In this document: piece by piece, positions 9,313 to 19,608 of the stretch | Layout of the letters: each line of letters begins with the position of its first letter | Numbering within the stretch: the first letter of the stretch is position 1 | NCBI GenBank assembly: GCA_041653535.1 | Contig: JBAZFH010000002.1 | Span: 80,160-144,159 of the forward strand | Length of the DNA: 64,000 nucleotides | Source of the DNA: Patescibacteria group bacterium | GTDB lineage: Bacteria; Patescibacteriota; Patescibacteriia; JACRDY01 | Direction: 5' to 3' | Made by a program: the position numbers and the translations under genes | The notes under the pieces: generated by a model | Told to the model about the DNA's origin: nothing | The model's input: the letters and a program-made list of their open reading frames with translations, nothing else | Database searches by the model: none

Positions 9313-9819
9313 TTACCTTTTTCCGATCAAATATTTCCGTGGGTTGTCGTCCAGGTTGATAAAGTCATCAGCCGCTTCAATCAGTTTAGCCGAAGTGGTT
9401 TTGCCGAAAGCGACAACTTCCACCATGCAGCCTTTATTTTCCTGGAGATATTTTACCATCGGGATAAAATCTCCGTCGCCACAGACCAGAATGATCGAAT
9501 CCAGTTTGTCGGCAAGTTTGATAGCGTCAACAGCGATGCCGACATCCCAGTCGGCTTTTTTGACTCCGGAAAAAAATATTTGCAAATCTTTGCTTTTTAC
9601 TTCAAAACCTTGCTTGTCCAGCGCGCCAAAAAATCCAGACTCTTCTTTGCTTTTTGATTCAATGACATAAGCGATAGCACGAATTAATTTGCGTTCGCCA
9701 ATAGCCGTTTTGAGTATTTCTTTGAAATTAACATTGGCGTGATAAAGGTTTTTTGCCGAGTGATACATGTTTTGCGTATCAACCAGCACGCCGACTCTTT
9801 GATCTTTATGTTTTATCAT
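9313..9819 (-). CDS. NYN-domain (LabA/DUF88-like) RNase
   Basis: GVLVDTQNMYHS and CGDGDFIPMV motifs typical of the NYN domain; sits between rpsO and pnp. Confidence 0.75.
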   Translation of the reverse strand: MIKHKDQRVGVLVDTQNMYHSAKNLYHANVNFKEILKTAIGERKLIRAIAYVIESKSKEESGFFGALDKQGFEVKSKDLQIFFSGVKKADWDVGIAVDAIKLADKLDSIILVCGDGDFIPMVKYLQENKGCMVEVVAFGKTTSAKLIEAADDFINLDDNPRKYLIGKR

Positions 9820-9945
9820 AAAACGTGAATTTTAAATTGGTTCTAAGTTATAAATTTTTGAAACTGACTTTGAAAAAAAGACTAGTTAAAAAATGAGCTA
9901 AAAATCAGAAAAGCCCGGAGCCGGGCTTTCCATAAAATATATAGA

Positions 9946-10317
9946 TTAAGGAGCGTCTTCTTTGACCGGCTCAACCGCTTCTTCCAGCTCTTCAACCGGT
10001 AAACCGAGTTCGTCTTCTTCAGCCTTTCTATTTTCCTCGGCGATTTCTTTACTTACTTTGATTTTTAGAGCTTTAACTAACTTTTCCCATTCTTCCAGAT
10101 TTTCCTTCCGTAGATATTTGAGAAGTTTCTTACGTTCGTTTACTTTTTTGATCAAACCGCGCCGAGACGAATAGTCATGTTTATGATCTTTGAGGTGACC
10201 AGTGAGTTCTTTGATTTCTTCGGTCAAGATAGCAATCTGAACCTGCGAAGAACCGGTGTCACTGGCGTGAGTGCGATACTTGGCGATAATTCTGTCCTTT
10301 TTTTGTTTGGTTAGCAT
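9946..10317 (-). CDS. rpsO: 30S ribosomal protein S15 (with C-terminal acidic extension)
   Basis: QVQIAILTEEIKELTGHLKDHKHDYSSRRGL; start set at the internal Met; precedes pnp. Confidence 0.9.
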   Translation of the reverse strand: MLTKQKKDRIIAKYRTHASDTGSSQVQIAILTEEIKELTGHLKDHKHDYSSRRGLIKKVNERKKLLKYLRKENLEEWEKLVKALKIKVSKEIAEENRKAEEDELGLPVEELEEAVEPVKEDAP

Positions 10318-10535
10318 AAATCCTTGGTTTTGGCGCGCCGCCGAGTAGAGGGTTGCAAGTCCCGAAAACCCAGTCAGCCGTCTATTAATTAAGTAATAGA
10401 ACAATATCATAGGATACAGGTTCAGTCAAGACGGACGTCGGGAGGAGTATTATTAGCTATTTAGATTCGCAGACTTGCTATAGATACGAAAAACGCCATA
10501 CGGATTTTATCCGGTGGCGTTAAAATTGGTTGTGT

Positions 10536-10754
10536 TTACTTTTCGCCCGCTTGGTTCGTAGCCGCCATTTCTTCGATTTTAATCCTGATAAGATCGGGCA
10601 TCGGTTTGGACGGTATTTTCCCGGCGGCGGCTTGGGCTACTTGCCATTCGTCCGGGCTCATCACGTCGACCTGGTTGCTGTTATCGAGCAGAACGTCTTC
10701 CAGAAGATTTTTTAGTGGATGGTCGGGTTTCTGTCCTTTTTTTGGCATTGGCAC
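10536..10754 (-). CDS. small hypothetical protein
   Basis: 72-aa ORF only. Confidence 0.3.
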   Translation of the reverse strand: MPMPKKGQKPDHPLKNLLEDVLLDNSNQVDVMSPDEWQVAQAAAGKIPSKPMPDLIRIKIEEMAATNQAGEK

Positions 10755-10922
10755 CTCCTTTTGCGAGTATTGGCTATATTGTTAGATTATGTCGTTTTAT
10801 GGTCTTTGTCAATGTATTTTTTAAGTAGTATGTTGGGTTTTATCAAAGGTTGCCGTAATTGACGCTTTATTATTTTTTTGTTAGTTTCAAAATAACAGTT
10901 GTCAAAAACAAGGGAGGCAAAT

Positions 10923-11408
10923 ATGACGGATGAGGACACTCAGGCGATTCCGAGAGCGGATTGCTATGATCCGAAAAAATGGCGGGACTTAAAAAACCGC
11001 GCCAGAAAGCACGAAAATGCTAAAATTGATTGGGCGGCAATCGAACAGGCTGTAAAACAGACCGTGCCTGAGATAAAGAAATTAGTGGACGATTTTTTGG
11101 TCGCTAATCCAGGATGGAAGGTTTCTTTTTTCTGTTTAGATTTGCCGCCGCGGATTGAGATTTGTTTCGCCTTGGACTGCGAAGCGCGGCAAAAAAGAGA
11201 AACCGTTGTTAGTTCCCAGCTCGGCGTGATCGCCCGGAAAATTAGCCCGGACGAAACGGACATGGTAGCGACTTTTGTCGCCCAGATCATGACCAAAATT
11301 GGATTTAAGGTAAAAAGAATCAGTCACGTCAGTTTGACCGAGATTCTTGAATATCGGATCCATCCGGAGTACGGTAAATTTACCAAAACCCCGGTCGCGA
11401 CGACGTAG
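10923..11408 (+). CDS. hypothetical protein
   Basis: ORF with RBS aagggaggcaaatATG; terminator follows at 11429-11466. Confidence 0.45.
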   Translation: MTDEDTQAIPRADCYDPKKWRDLKNRARKHENAKIDWAAIEQAVKQTVPEIKKLVDDFLVANPGWKVSFFCLDLPPRIEICFALDCEARQKRETVVSSQLGVIARKISPDETDMVATFVAQIMTKIGFKVKRISHVSLTEILEYRIHPEYGKFTKTPVATT

Positions 11409-11428
11409 GTTGCCGTGAACATAAAATC

Positions 11429-11466
11429 AAAAACCGTTCGGAAACATTTCCGGACGGTTGTTTTTT
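11429..11466 (+). terminator. intrinsic terminator
   Basis: aaaccgttcggaaacatttccggacggttgtttttt. Confidence 0.6.
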
Positions 11467-11680
11467 AACCAGTCAAACTAACCTCTGTCGATAGATGCGA
11501 GCCGGTTTTTTCCCACTGTGCCTCTGGACGCCTGCCTGCCGGTAGGCAGGGGGCAGGCCGAGTTTTTAGAAATAAAGAAGTTAAAAACTTTTGGCGGTAA
11601 ACTTGCTAGCGCATGTTGTACTGGCATCTGCTGCTTCGCCTACGTCACTTTAAATAAAAAAATAAATTTACGAGCAGGGT

Positions 11681-12316
11681 TTAGGAGCGATCAATAAATT
11701 CTATCTCTTTAGCAATTTCGGCTTTCCATTTTTCCGGCGGGACGTCTTTGCACTTGTCTTTCATGTCGCGGATCAGTTGGAAAAATTTGTCTATCTTTTC
11801 GGCGGCAGCCTCTTTTTTTTCCAAACCGAAAAGGTAGTTGAGCGGTGAGTATAGATTGCCGAACTCTTCAAACTGTCTTGGTGCGGCGGTTTTACCTTTT
11901 ACTATGCCGAGGTTGTTCAGAATCCTTAGCATCTTGGGGCAAAGCTGAGTGGAACAAGTCGGCACGCGAAAAGAGTTTAGGGCACAGCCACTGCGGCGCA
12001 ATGCCGGACAAGGACCGTTACCGGGCAGGCGGCGTTTGCCTACTTCTAGCCAGTTGGAATTTTTTTCGGCCAGTTTTTTACTCCAGCCAGGACCGTTCAT
12101 GGCTTTCTGCGCCCGGTCGATAAAATTCCAATGATCCTGTACTTGGTTATCGAGCAGGCAGCAACACATTTCGTCGCGGTCGATAAAGCGTCCTTCTTTT
12201 ACCATTTCCAGACTTTTATCAAAGCAACGTTTGCATAAATCGTCAAAAACGCGAAAAAAACCGATCAGTTCTTTTTCGGCTTGGCGGTAGATGGTGAGTT
12301 TTTGGCGTTCGTTCAT
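11681..12316 (-). CDS. cysteine-rich hypothetical protein
   Basis: 211-aa ORF with multiple Cys clusters (MCCCLL, PCPALRRSGC, PTCSTQLCP). Confidence 0.45.
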   Translation of the reverse strand: MNERQKLTIYRQAEKELIGFFRVFDDLCKRCFDKSLEMVKEGRFIDRDEMCCCLLDNQVQDHWNFIDRAQKAMNGPGWSKKLAEKNSNWLEVGKRRLPGNGPCPALRRSGCALNSFRVPTCSTQLCPKMLRILNNLGIVKGKTAAPRQFEEFGNLYSPLNYLFGLEKKEAAAEKIDKFFQLIRDMKDKCKDVPPEKWKAEIAKEIEFIDRS

Positions 12317-12413
12317 GTTGTTAGGAGGATAGGATTATTATAGAAGCAGTTGGTTAAAAGTCAAAGGGAGGCTTGCGCCATTTGAGTAAGTGTCGTAAAA
12401 TAAACACATTGTT

Positions 12414-13388
12414 ATGTCGAAAACTGGAAACAACCTAATCACCGATTTTCTCGAGTATCTGGAAATCGAGCGTGGACGATCGCAGGCGACTATCCGCAAC
12501 TATGATTTTTATCTGCGGCGTTTTTTTGATTGGGCGATTAAACGACAGAAGAGTTTTGATGTTAAAGATATTGATTCGCAGGCTATCAGACAGTATCGGT
12601 TGTTTCTTAACCGTGCCGTTGATGACAGAGGAAAGCAGCTTAAAAAAAGCACGCAAAATTATCACCTGATTGCTCTGCGGACGTTTCTCAAATTTCTTGC
12701 TAGAAATGATATCAAATCTTTGTCTCCGGAAAAAATCGAGCTGGCCAAACAGTCCGAACGCCAGATCGAATATTTGGAAGGGAGCGATCTTGGTAAATTT
12801 CTCGAAGCGCCGTTGCAAGTTGATGAGCAAAAAATCATCCAGCTGCGCGACAAATCAATGCTGGAAACGTTGTTTGCCACCGGGCTTCGTGTTTCCGAAT
12901 TAGTTAATCTTAGAAAAGATCAGGTGAATCTGAATAAAGACGAATTCACCGTGCGCGGTAAAGGAGATAAGCTGAGAATAGTTTTTCTTTCCAACCAGGC
13001 CAAATATTGGATTAAACAATATTTGGAAAATCGCAAAGATGCTTCGCCGTTTATGTTTGTCAGTCATGACAGGGCGAGGCAGTCCAGGTCTGGTGTTAGC
13101 GGCACCAAAAAAGATATTTTAGAAGAAGTTGAACATCTGACGCCACGGTCGGTGCAGCGGATAATCAAGAAATATGCTCAGATGGCGGGTATTACCAAAA
13201 AAATCACGCCGCACACTTTGCGTCATAGTTTTGCCACTGATTTATTGACTTCCGGCGCTGATATCCGTTCCGTGCAAAGTTTACTCGGACATTCATCGAT
13301 TACTACTACGCAAGTGTACACTCATATTGCCGATCAGCATCTCAAAGAGGTTTATAAAGCGTTTCATGGAAGGAAGATGAAGAAATGA
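12414..13388 (+). CDS. tyrosine site-specific recombinase (XerC/XerD family)
   Basis: core-binding N-domain; C-terminal RHSFATDLL...GHSSITTTQVYTHI with catalytic R-H-R-Y residues. Confidence 0.85.
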   Translation: MSKTGNNLITDFLEYLEIERGRSQATIRNYDFYLRRFFDWAIKRQKSFDVKDIDSQAIRQYRLFLNRAVDDRGKQLKKSTQNYHLIALRTFLKFLARNDIKSLSPEKIELAKQSERQIEYLEGSDLGKFLEAPLQVDEQKIIQLRDKSMLETLFATGLRVSELVNLRKDQVNLNKDEFTVRGKGDKLRIVFLSNQAKYWIKQYLENRKDASPFMFVSHDRARQSRSGVSGTKKDILEEVEHLTPRSVQRIIKKYAQMAGITKKITPHTLRHSFATDLLTSGADIRSVQSLLGHSSITTTQVYTHIADQHLKEVYKAFHGRKMKK

Positions 13389-13530
13389 GTATATAGTGGT
13401 TAGTATATAGTATATAGGGAGCAAATAGAGTATTTGTGTTTTATGGATATATAATTTTGGTCGTTGACTTTATGGAAAAATCTGCTAAAATATACTAACG
13501 TTATTGAAAAAAATTTGATTATTTGTTATT

Positions 13531-13612
13531 ATGCGCCCGTAGTTTCCTCCTTTGTCCGCTGCGGCGGGCTTCGGCGGACAAGCAATGGATAGATATGTGG
13601 GCGCAATTTCGT
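13531..13612 (+). other. degenerate duplicate of the tRNA-Arg 5' region interrupted by a GC-rich hairpin
   Basis: ttatgcgcccgtagtt + 38-nt GC insert (gtccgc..gcggac hairpin) + caatggatag + tgggcgca; no anticodon or T arm. Confidence 0.5.
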
Positions 13613-13625
13613 TTGTTTCTTTTAT

Positions 13626-13697
13626 GCGCCCGTAGTTCAATGGATAGAACGAGAGCCTTCTAAGCTTTAAATCTAGGTTCGATTCCTAGCGGGCGCG
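13626..13697 (+). tRNA. tRNA-Arg(TCT)
   Basis: cloverleaf folded by eye: acceptor gcgcccg/cgggcgc, anticodon loop cttCTaa, T-loop ttcgatt. Confidence 0.8.
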
Positions 13698-13733
13698 GAG
13701 ATAATTAACAATTATTAATTAGTATTTGAATAT

Positions 13734-13809
13734 GGTGGCTATAGTGTAATGGTTAGCACTCGACTCTGTGGAAGTCGCGGTTCGGGTTCAAATCCCGATA
13801 GCCACCCCA
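13734..13809 (+). tRNA. tRNA-His(GTG) with G-1 and encoded CCA; attL of the integrated island
   Basis: acceptor gtggcta/tagccac, anticodon loop ctGTGga, T-loop ttcaaat; extra 5' G. Confidence 0.8.
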
Positions 13810-15393
13810 CAAGGCACTCTTCTTTACGGAAGAGTGTTTTGTTTTGGAAATTAAGCCAATTTGGACAGGTTCTAAGGTTTTTATTTCTTCCAACCCAGTT
13901 TTTACAATTTCAAAGGGTTTTTGCAGGTTCAAAGATAATTGACGGTCTTTCAAAATAAAACCAGAGCCTAAAGATATTAAGATAGTCTTTTTAGTATCTA
14001 AGTCGCCGTTTTTAAACCAATGACGCGCATAGCAAGAGAATTCAAAAGTCTTCTCAACGTTCTCCCTCCAGTTGTCAGCTCGGCTTTCATAATTTTTTAA
14101 TTGCTCAGCCATTTTTTCCCTCTCTTGCAAAAGTTTATTTTTCCGTTCAGTATATTCGGCATCATTTATTAGTTCACTTATTCTCATTGAAAGCAGGCTG
14201 TCTAATTTCTTTTCTACATTATCGTAAGCTTTTTGTTGGGTGGCTCGGATTATTTCTCTTTCCTTAATCTCACCATCATTAAGATTGTTGAGCCATTTTA
14301 TAGCCCAGTTTTTAAAATCTTCTGGTATTTGTATTTTTTCTAAATAAGCGTCAACTTGTTTTTCGAGCTCTTTTATCTCGAGGGTTTTTTGGCTACACTT
14401 CGGGCAAACATTTTTCCCCTTGCCACAGCGATAGTAGGTGTAATGGTGGGCGTTGCCGTTTTTTTGTTTCTTGAATTTTTCCTCCGCAGTTATCATAGAG
14501 CCACACTCTCCGCAGCGTATAAGCCCCGTAAACGCAAAATTATGCGTTTTAGGGCGTGACTTACCCTTTCTACCCAGTATCTCTTGTACGCGCCAAAAAT
14601 CATCTTCTGTGATGATTGTTTCATGTGCCCCCTTGTACCACTCGCCCCTATATTGGAATTTTCCAAAATAGAATGGGTCAGCCAAAATTCTATAGATAGT
14701 ACTCTCAGCCATTGGTCTGCCACCCTGTCTTTTAGTTTTAGGAGTTAAATATCCCCATTCATTATTCATCTTGTCTAACACTTGAGCGACAGTATATTTT
14801 TGGGTCAGAATCAACTCGAAAGCCTTTTTAATTAATGGCAACCTTGCGGTATCGGGTAGGAGTTTCTTGTCCCCTTGTTCGGAGAGTTTGTCTGGTAAAT
14901 ACCCTGGCTTAGCTCCAGGCAACCACCCCATTTTTACTTTTTGCATCAGCCCCCTAATTGTATTTCGGCGTAAGTCGATAATAAATTGGTTCGCTACCCC
15001 AAACTCCATATTCATAAGAAGCACATTGTCTCCTGGATAGTAGTCTCTCTCGGGAGTTTTAATGTGTTTAATAATACCTTGCTGCAAAAGCCAATTAATT
15101 CTGCCACCATCTATTGGGTTCCTAGCTAGGCGGTCTAATTTCCAACAGATTATACCCTGCGCCTCTCCGTTTTCTATTCTCGTAATCATCTCATTGAAAA
15201 TTGGGCGCCCTGGGCTTTTAGCCGACATGGATTCTTTGAATATATGTATGCTGTTTAAACTAAACTTTTTCGCCGCCTCCTCACTAGTTGAAAGCTGCGC
15301 GGGAATAGATAAGGCTTGCCTGTCTTCCGCGGCTTCAGACTTTCTAGCATAAACGAAGTACTTTATAGTGTCTAAATTTTCCAAATTAGTCAT
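13753..15393 (-). CDS. large serine recombinase (resolvase/invertase N-domain + recombinase domain + zinc ribbon)
   Basis: N-terminal YARKSEAAEDRQALSIPAQ with catalytic Ser; C-terminal CGECGSM...YYRCGKGKNVCPKC zinc ribbon; 3' end overlaps tRNA-His. Confidence 0.85.
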   Translation of the reverse strand: MTNLENLDTIKYFVYARKSEAAEDRQALSIPAQLSTSEEAAKKFSLNSIHIFKESMSAKSPGRPIFNEMITRIENGEAQGIICWKLDRLARNPIDGGRINWLLQQGIIKHIKTPERDYYPGDNVLLMNMEFGVANQFIIDLRRNTIRGLMQKVKMGWLPGAKPGYLPDKLSEQGDKKLLPDTARLPLIKKAFELILTQKYTVAQVLDKMNNEWGYLTPKTKRQGGRPMAESTIYRILADPFYFGKFQYRGEWYKGAHETIITEDDFWRVQEILGRKGKSRPKTHNFAFTGLIRCGECGSMITAEEKFKKQKNGNAHHYTYYRCGKGKNVCPKCSQKTLEIKELEKQVDAYLEKIQIPEDFKNWAIKWLNNLNDGEIKEREIIRATQQKAYDNVEKKLDSLLSMRISELINDAEYTERKNKLLQEREKMAEQLKNYESRADNWRENVEKTFEFSCYARHWFKNGDLDTKKTILISLGSGFILKDRQLSLNLQKPFEIVKTGLEEIKTLEPVQIGLISKTKHSSVKKSALWGGYRDLNPNRDFHRVEC

Positions 15394-15401
15394 ATTTGCC
15401 T

Positions 15402-15614
15402 CTATTTTGTCGTTTCGCCTTCTTTGCCCTCTTTATCTTCCTTGGGGTTTGTTAGTCGGTTGTTTCCGCAAAATTGGCAACCTTTCCGATAGAAAGGCAG
15501 TATAAAAATCCAAAGTCCGCCGGTGACCAATACGGCGATAAATGTGCCGAAAGTAAAATGCCTTTTTGAGGTGACGTTCCTTTTACAAAGAACGCAATAG
15601 CCGAATCTTCGCAT
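15402..15614 (-). CDS. small membrane protein with CxxC pairs
   Basis: 70-aa ORF: CVLC...CQFCGNN plus a TM helix. Confidence 0.3.
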   Translation of the reverse strand: MRRFGYCVLCKRNVTSKRHFTFGTFIAVLVTGGLWIFILPFYRKGCQFCGNNRLTNPKEDKEGKEGETTK

Positions 15615-15869
15615 AAATGTCTATTTATTAATTAATTTTATAGCCATACTACTAAAACTGCTCGAAACTAGATAAAGCTACTAAGATTTATTCAAAATTA
15701 CCTCGTTTTGTAGTTTGACAACTAAAAAGCCCCCACCCATCGGTTTTTACGAACTTGCGTTCGTATGTGCGTCAACACTAGCCGAGGATGAGGGCATCCT
15801 AAGTGTTGACGCACAAAGTTGTATTGATATTCTACCGCTGTTTTAGGCATAAATCAATACTTTCGTGCT

Positions 15870-16217
15870 TTATTTGTCGAATAATGAACGCCATTCCTCT
15901 TGTGTTCGTGGGCGCATGCTTTTGAGTCCATATAATCTTTTTTCAGAATCCTCGATGTTTTTGGATATTGCCTTTTTGTGCTCTGTGAGAGCTTTAATTT
16001 GGTTAGGGTTCATGGAGTATAGCGAGCTACCCTGTTTATCAATCAGTTCTTGTTCATATTTTGTTATTCTGCGCAGGTTCCAAAAATCTAAGGCGATATC
16101 TTCCACCAATTCGATTTCTAGTTCGGTGACTGGTTTTAGTATCAGCCTCATCCTCTCTTTCAATTTAGTAAGTTCCTCAAGATTATCATTGTTAGTTAAG
16201 GAATTTTCATTTTCCAT
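15870..16217 (-). CDS. hypothetical helical protein (island cargo)
   Basis: ORF; start overlaps the stop of an upstream 48-aa ORF. Confidence 0.35.
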   Translation of the reverse strand: MENENSLTNNDNLEELTKLKERMRLILKPVTELEIELVEDIALDFWNLRRITKYEQELIDKQGSSLYSMNPNQIKALTEHKKAISKNIEDSEKRLYGLKSMRPRTQEEWRSLFDK

Positions 16218-16357
16218 ACTTTTTGTAGTTATTAATTATTTTATCTAAAAAACCAGCAATGGTTTTGGTGTCTCTGTTATCGTCCAGATAATCCCTTTGT
16301 TTTGGGTCAATACGCACCAGGGCTTTAAATCTCGTTTTTCTTTTAGTTGATGTCATA
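16211..16357 (-). CDS. 48-aa ORF, possibly a ribbon-helix-helix DNA-binding protein (antitoxin-like)
   Basis: MTSTKRKTRFKALVRIDPKQRDYLDD: basic beta-strand then helix; ATGGAAAATGA stop/start overlap with the downstream gene. Confidence 0.25.
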
Positions 16358-16671
16358 AGTATACTTAATAGCTCCCTCTGGCTCTCCTGCCCGAATAGAC
16401 ACTTGTTCGCCTGGTTTTTAGATGGGACTGCCCGAGAATCTCGTCTCGGTCAAAGCAGTTTTTATCATTCGGTGTAGGTGTCGCCGTCGGTCGCTATCTT
16501 AATTCAGTTAATTGATAATTGAATTAAGATAAAGACCATTATTTTTTGATTGGCTTGTATATAGTTTTAAATAGATTCAAAAGGTTTGTAGCTTGTTTGG
16601 CGGCTTCAGCGCTACTAATTTCTATCCCGCAGCTATCCTTATATATTTGTTGAAATTCTTTTATAGCCGTT

Positions 16672-16923
16672 TCAGTCAGCATAAACTCTGCTTTTTAACT
16701 CTTTAAGAGTATTGAAATAAATTAGCGGGTCGACGGTTAGTCCATGAGCCCAAAATAATTGTATTAGTTGGTCTAAATACTCGTCTCGTCTTATAAGGAA
16801 TTTTATTTTTTGTGGGTTTTCTTTGTCTGTTGCTTCTACGCAATATCCGAGGCAACCGAGCGTCGCACATAAGGAAAGGTCAGAGGTCTTAAAATAATCA
16901 TTTTCATTTAATTTTTGGGTCAT
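16672..16923 (-). CDS. hypothetical protein
   Basis: 83-aa ORF. Confidence 0.3.
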   Translation of the reverse strand: MTQKLNENDYFKTSDLSLCATLGCLGYCVEATDKENPQKIKFLIRRDEYLDQLIQLFWAHGLTVDPLIYFNTLKELKSRVYAD

Positions 16924-17065
16924 ATAATTTTCATTAATTTTGTTTTTATTATGACAAAACCACCTATCCGGTGTTGAAAAGGTGGTTTTTATTAAACAAA
17001 AAATAGCCTTAATTTGGCTATTATTTATTTAGCTTTCTACGTTTTAGGTAAAAAGATTACCACTT

Positions 17066-17815
17066 TTACTTTTTTGTTTTTTTATTTTCAACCCAAACCT
17101 TCCTGCCTTTTACGTGGAAAGAGAATCTTTTATTAAGACCGTTTCTTTTTAATGTCCTTTGTATTTCCTTGATGGTGGTTTTTATTTTTTCAATTTTTTG
17201 CCATTCATTATAGTCGTCGGTCAGTAATCCGTTTTTTTGGTCTTTTGGCTCTTGAATTATATTAATTATCTCATTCGTAGAAGTGGCTAAGCCAAAATAG
17301 TCCCAGAGACGTTTTATTAGCCTACCTTGCCTAGTGTTATATTTGGCGACTTTTATATTCCTACTGTCAATATTTAAATAACAAAATTTAATATTCCCTT
17401 CTTTTTTGATAGAAACTTTACTGGTAGTTTTATCATTAGATGGGTATTTTAAATTTTTTATTTGTAAAGAATTTTGATAGGCGGTAGCTTTTGTTTTGTA
17501 TGATTTCTTAAAATTTTTAAATTCATTTTTAAATTTTTGTTCGTTAGTAGAAAATTCGAAATAACCATTAATATCTTCTTCAAGTGGGTATTTAATATTT
17601 TTTATTACCCCCTTCTTCTGCAATATTTGAAAAGCCCAAATTCTTCCTTTGATAAGTTCGGTTAGTTCTACACCCTTTATCCCTTTATTGTATTTATTTG
17701 CTACCCACCCGCCTAGCAATGGTATTTTAATTTTATTTTTCTCGGATACAAAGAAGCTCCTTATTTCTTGCAAGGCATTCCAGACTCTCTCTGTTTCCTT
17801 TCTATCTAAATACAT
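17066..17815 (-). CDS. lysine-rich hypothetical protein (island cargo)
   Basis: 249-aa ORF, no recognised domain. Confidence 0.4.
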   Translation of the reverse strand: MYLDRKETERVWNALQEIRSFFVSEKNKIKIPLLGGWVANKYNKGIKGVELTELIKGRIWAFQILQKKGVIKNIKYPLEEDINGYFEFSTNEQKFKNEFKNFKKSYKTKATAYQNSLQIKNLKYPSNDKTTSKVSIKKEGNIKFCYLNIDSRNIKVAKYNTRQGRLIKRLWDYFGLATSTNEIINIIQEPKDQKNGLLTDDYNEWQKIEKIKTTIKEIQRTLKRNGLNKRFSFHVKGRKVWVENKKTKK

Positions 17816-17974
17816 TAATCTTAATTTTAATCTTAATTTATATTCTTATTTTAGCACTTTTAGTTAGTTCTTTAAAGATGAAAATCAGCCAGAGTTTACC
17901 CGTTATGTATTTATTCAGAAAATGAGCTATAATTAAACTCGCAGTCTTGCTGGAGTATTAAAACATTAAAATGT

Positions 17975-19165
17975 ATGGAAAATCCTATTTTTATACCAAA
18001 ATTAATCCAAAACGAAGCTGGCTTTGTAGATAAAATAAAATTGCCAGCTATTTTAATGGACGCTAATATTGTTGCCTTTTCCCCTAAAATATCCGGCAAG
18101 ATAAGAGCGTCTGCAGATAGTTTTATTATCAATCCGGTCACTAATTTTTTTGTTGAAAATTCATTCATAGGCAAAAAAGCATTTAAGAAGTTGCCTACGG
18201 CTCCAGCTAAGCCCTATAGAGTTGAAGAGCTATTAACAAACGAAAAGTTAAGACGAGATGAATTGGTTTGGAAAAATATTGAGTATCAGATTAACAATAA
18301 AGCTAATATAATTATTATCCCTTACATTTATTCTGACAGCATTAATGATTCCAAATTCGGAATAAATTTAAGTATGATTTCTGACGCTTTAAAATTATTA
18401 AAAGTAAATAAAATAAATATCCCAGCGTATGCCATGATTAACATGGGCTCAAGTGTTTTGAATGATTTTACTGGACTAAATAACTTGATAGAAAGATACC
18501 GTGATGATTTTAATGACAAGATAAATGGTTTTTTTATGATGTTTGACGGCTTTGATTGTAGAAAAGCCGTGGATGATTCATTAATGGGTTTAGCCTATTT
18601 AACATTTTATTTGTCCGAGAATAAAAATACCTTCATTTTAAACCTGGGTGATTTTGGGGATGTATTATGTGCTATAGGTGCAAGGGGATATAGTAGCAGT
18701 TTGGGCGGTGGTGAAATATTTAATGTAGAAAAGCTATCCAAGGAAACTAAGAGTCGAGGCAGAAATCATAAAATTTTCTCTTACGTGCCCGAGGTGTTTG
18801 ATTATTTAAATAATGAATCATTAAGAAAAATTGGTTATAAATGTCCCTGCTCTATTTGCGATAATGGAATACCTAATGGCTGGAATAACGCAAAAGCCCA
18901 TTTTCTAAACAGAAAATTGGAGCGGATGGATAATTTAGCCAATTTAAATCGTGACCAGAGAATTGATTTTATTAAATTAAAAATTGAGCAAGCCGTTGAA
19001 CTAATATCTGTATATAATGCAAATTTTGCATTATCTATAAAGACGGATTTTTTGCTAAGATGGAAGAATGTTTTGGAAAAATCACGCCACTGGTCTTATA
19101 GCAAGCGAGAGACTGAAGCGGTGGATTTAGATAAAATAATTGAAGAAGCTAGAAAAAACAAATGA
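17975..19165 (+). CDS. tRNA-guanine transglycosylase (TGT)-like / DpdA-like protein
   Basis: NGFFMMFDGFDCRKAV resembles the TGT GIDMFDCV catalytic-Asp motif; C-terminal YKCPCSICDNG...AKAHF matches the TGT CxCxxC...H zinc site; N-terminal NPIFIPKL resembles TPxFMPV. Confidence 0.5.
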   Translation: MENPIFIPKLIQNEAGFVDKIKLPAILMDANIVAFSPKISGKIRASADSFIINPVTNFFVENSFIGKKAFKKLPTAPAKPYRVEELLTNEKLRRDELVWKNIEYQINNKANIIIIPYIYSDSINDSKFGINLSMISDALKLLKVNKINIPAYAMINMGSSVLNDFTGLNNLIERYRDDFNDKINGFFMMFDGFDCRKAVDDSLMGLAYLTFYLSENKNTFILNLGDFGDVLCAIGARGYSSSLGGGEIFNVEKLSKETKSRGRNHKIFSYVPEVFDYLNNESLRKIGYKCPCSICDNGIPNGWNNAKAHFLNRKLERMDNLANLNRDQRIDFIKLKIEQAVELISVYNANFALSIKTDFLLRWKNVLEKSRHWSYSKRETEAVDLDKIIEEARKNK

Positions 19166-19608
19166 GAATCGTGCCAGATACAAATTTATTAATTCAAGGA
19201 TTGCTTTTTAGAGGCACAGCTAGAAAAATAATCAACTTGGCTTATGAGAAAAAAGTTGATTTTTATGGTAGTGCGAATTCTTTTAATGAAATAAAAAGAG
19301 TAGTCTACTATTCTCGATTTAAAAAATACCTTGAGAATGAAATATTTTCCCCAGAAAAAATAATGATTTCTTTTAAGTCCCTCATCACCGTTGTTTCTAT
19401 AGACTCAAAATATAAAAATTCAAAATTTGTCGCCGATGATGCAGATGACGATGAGTTTATAAGAATAGCTAAGACAGTACAATCAAAATTTATTATTTCA
19501 AGCGATAAGCATTTAAAGAATATAAAAAAAGTCGACGATATAAGAATCGTCGAGCCAGAAATTTTTTTGAAGATATATCCAACTATATCAGGAAAAACAT
19601 TTTTTTAA
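19162..19608 (+). CDS. PIN-domain nuclease (VapC-like)
   Basis: MRIVPDTNLLI start, acidic DDADDDEF and SSDKHL motifs; start overlaps upstream stop (AAATGA). Confidence 0.65.
   Translation: MRIVPDTNLLIQGLLFRGTARKIINLAYEKKVDFYGSANSFNEIKRVVYYSRFKKYLENEIFSPEKIMISFKSLITVVSIDSKYKNSKFVADDADDDEFIRIAKTVQSKFIISSDKHLKNIKKVDDIRIVEPEIFLKIYPTISGKTFF

Noticed and set aside
13749-13958. ORF 13749-13958 (+)
   Set aside because: It starts inside tRNA-His and runs antisense to the serine recombinase gene
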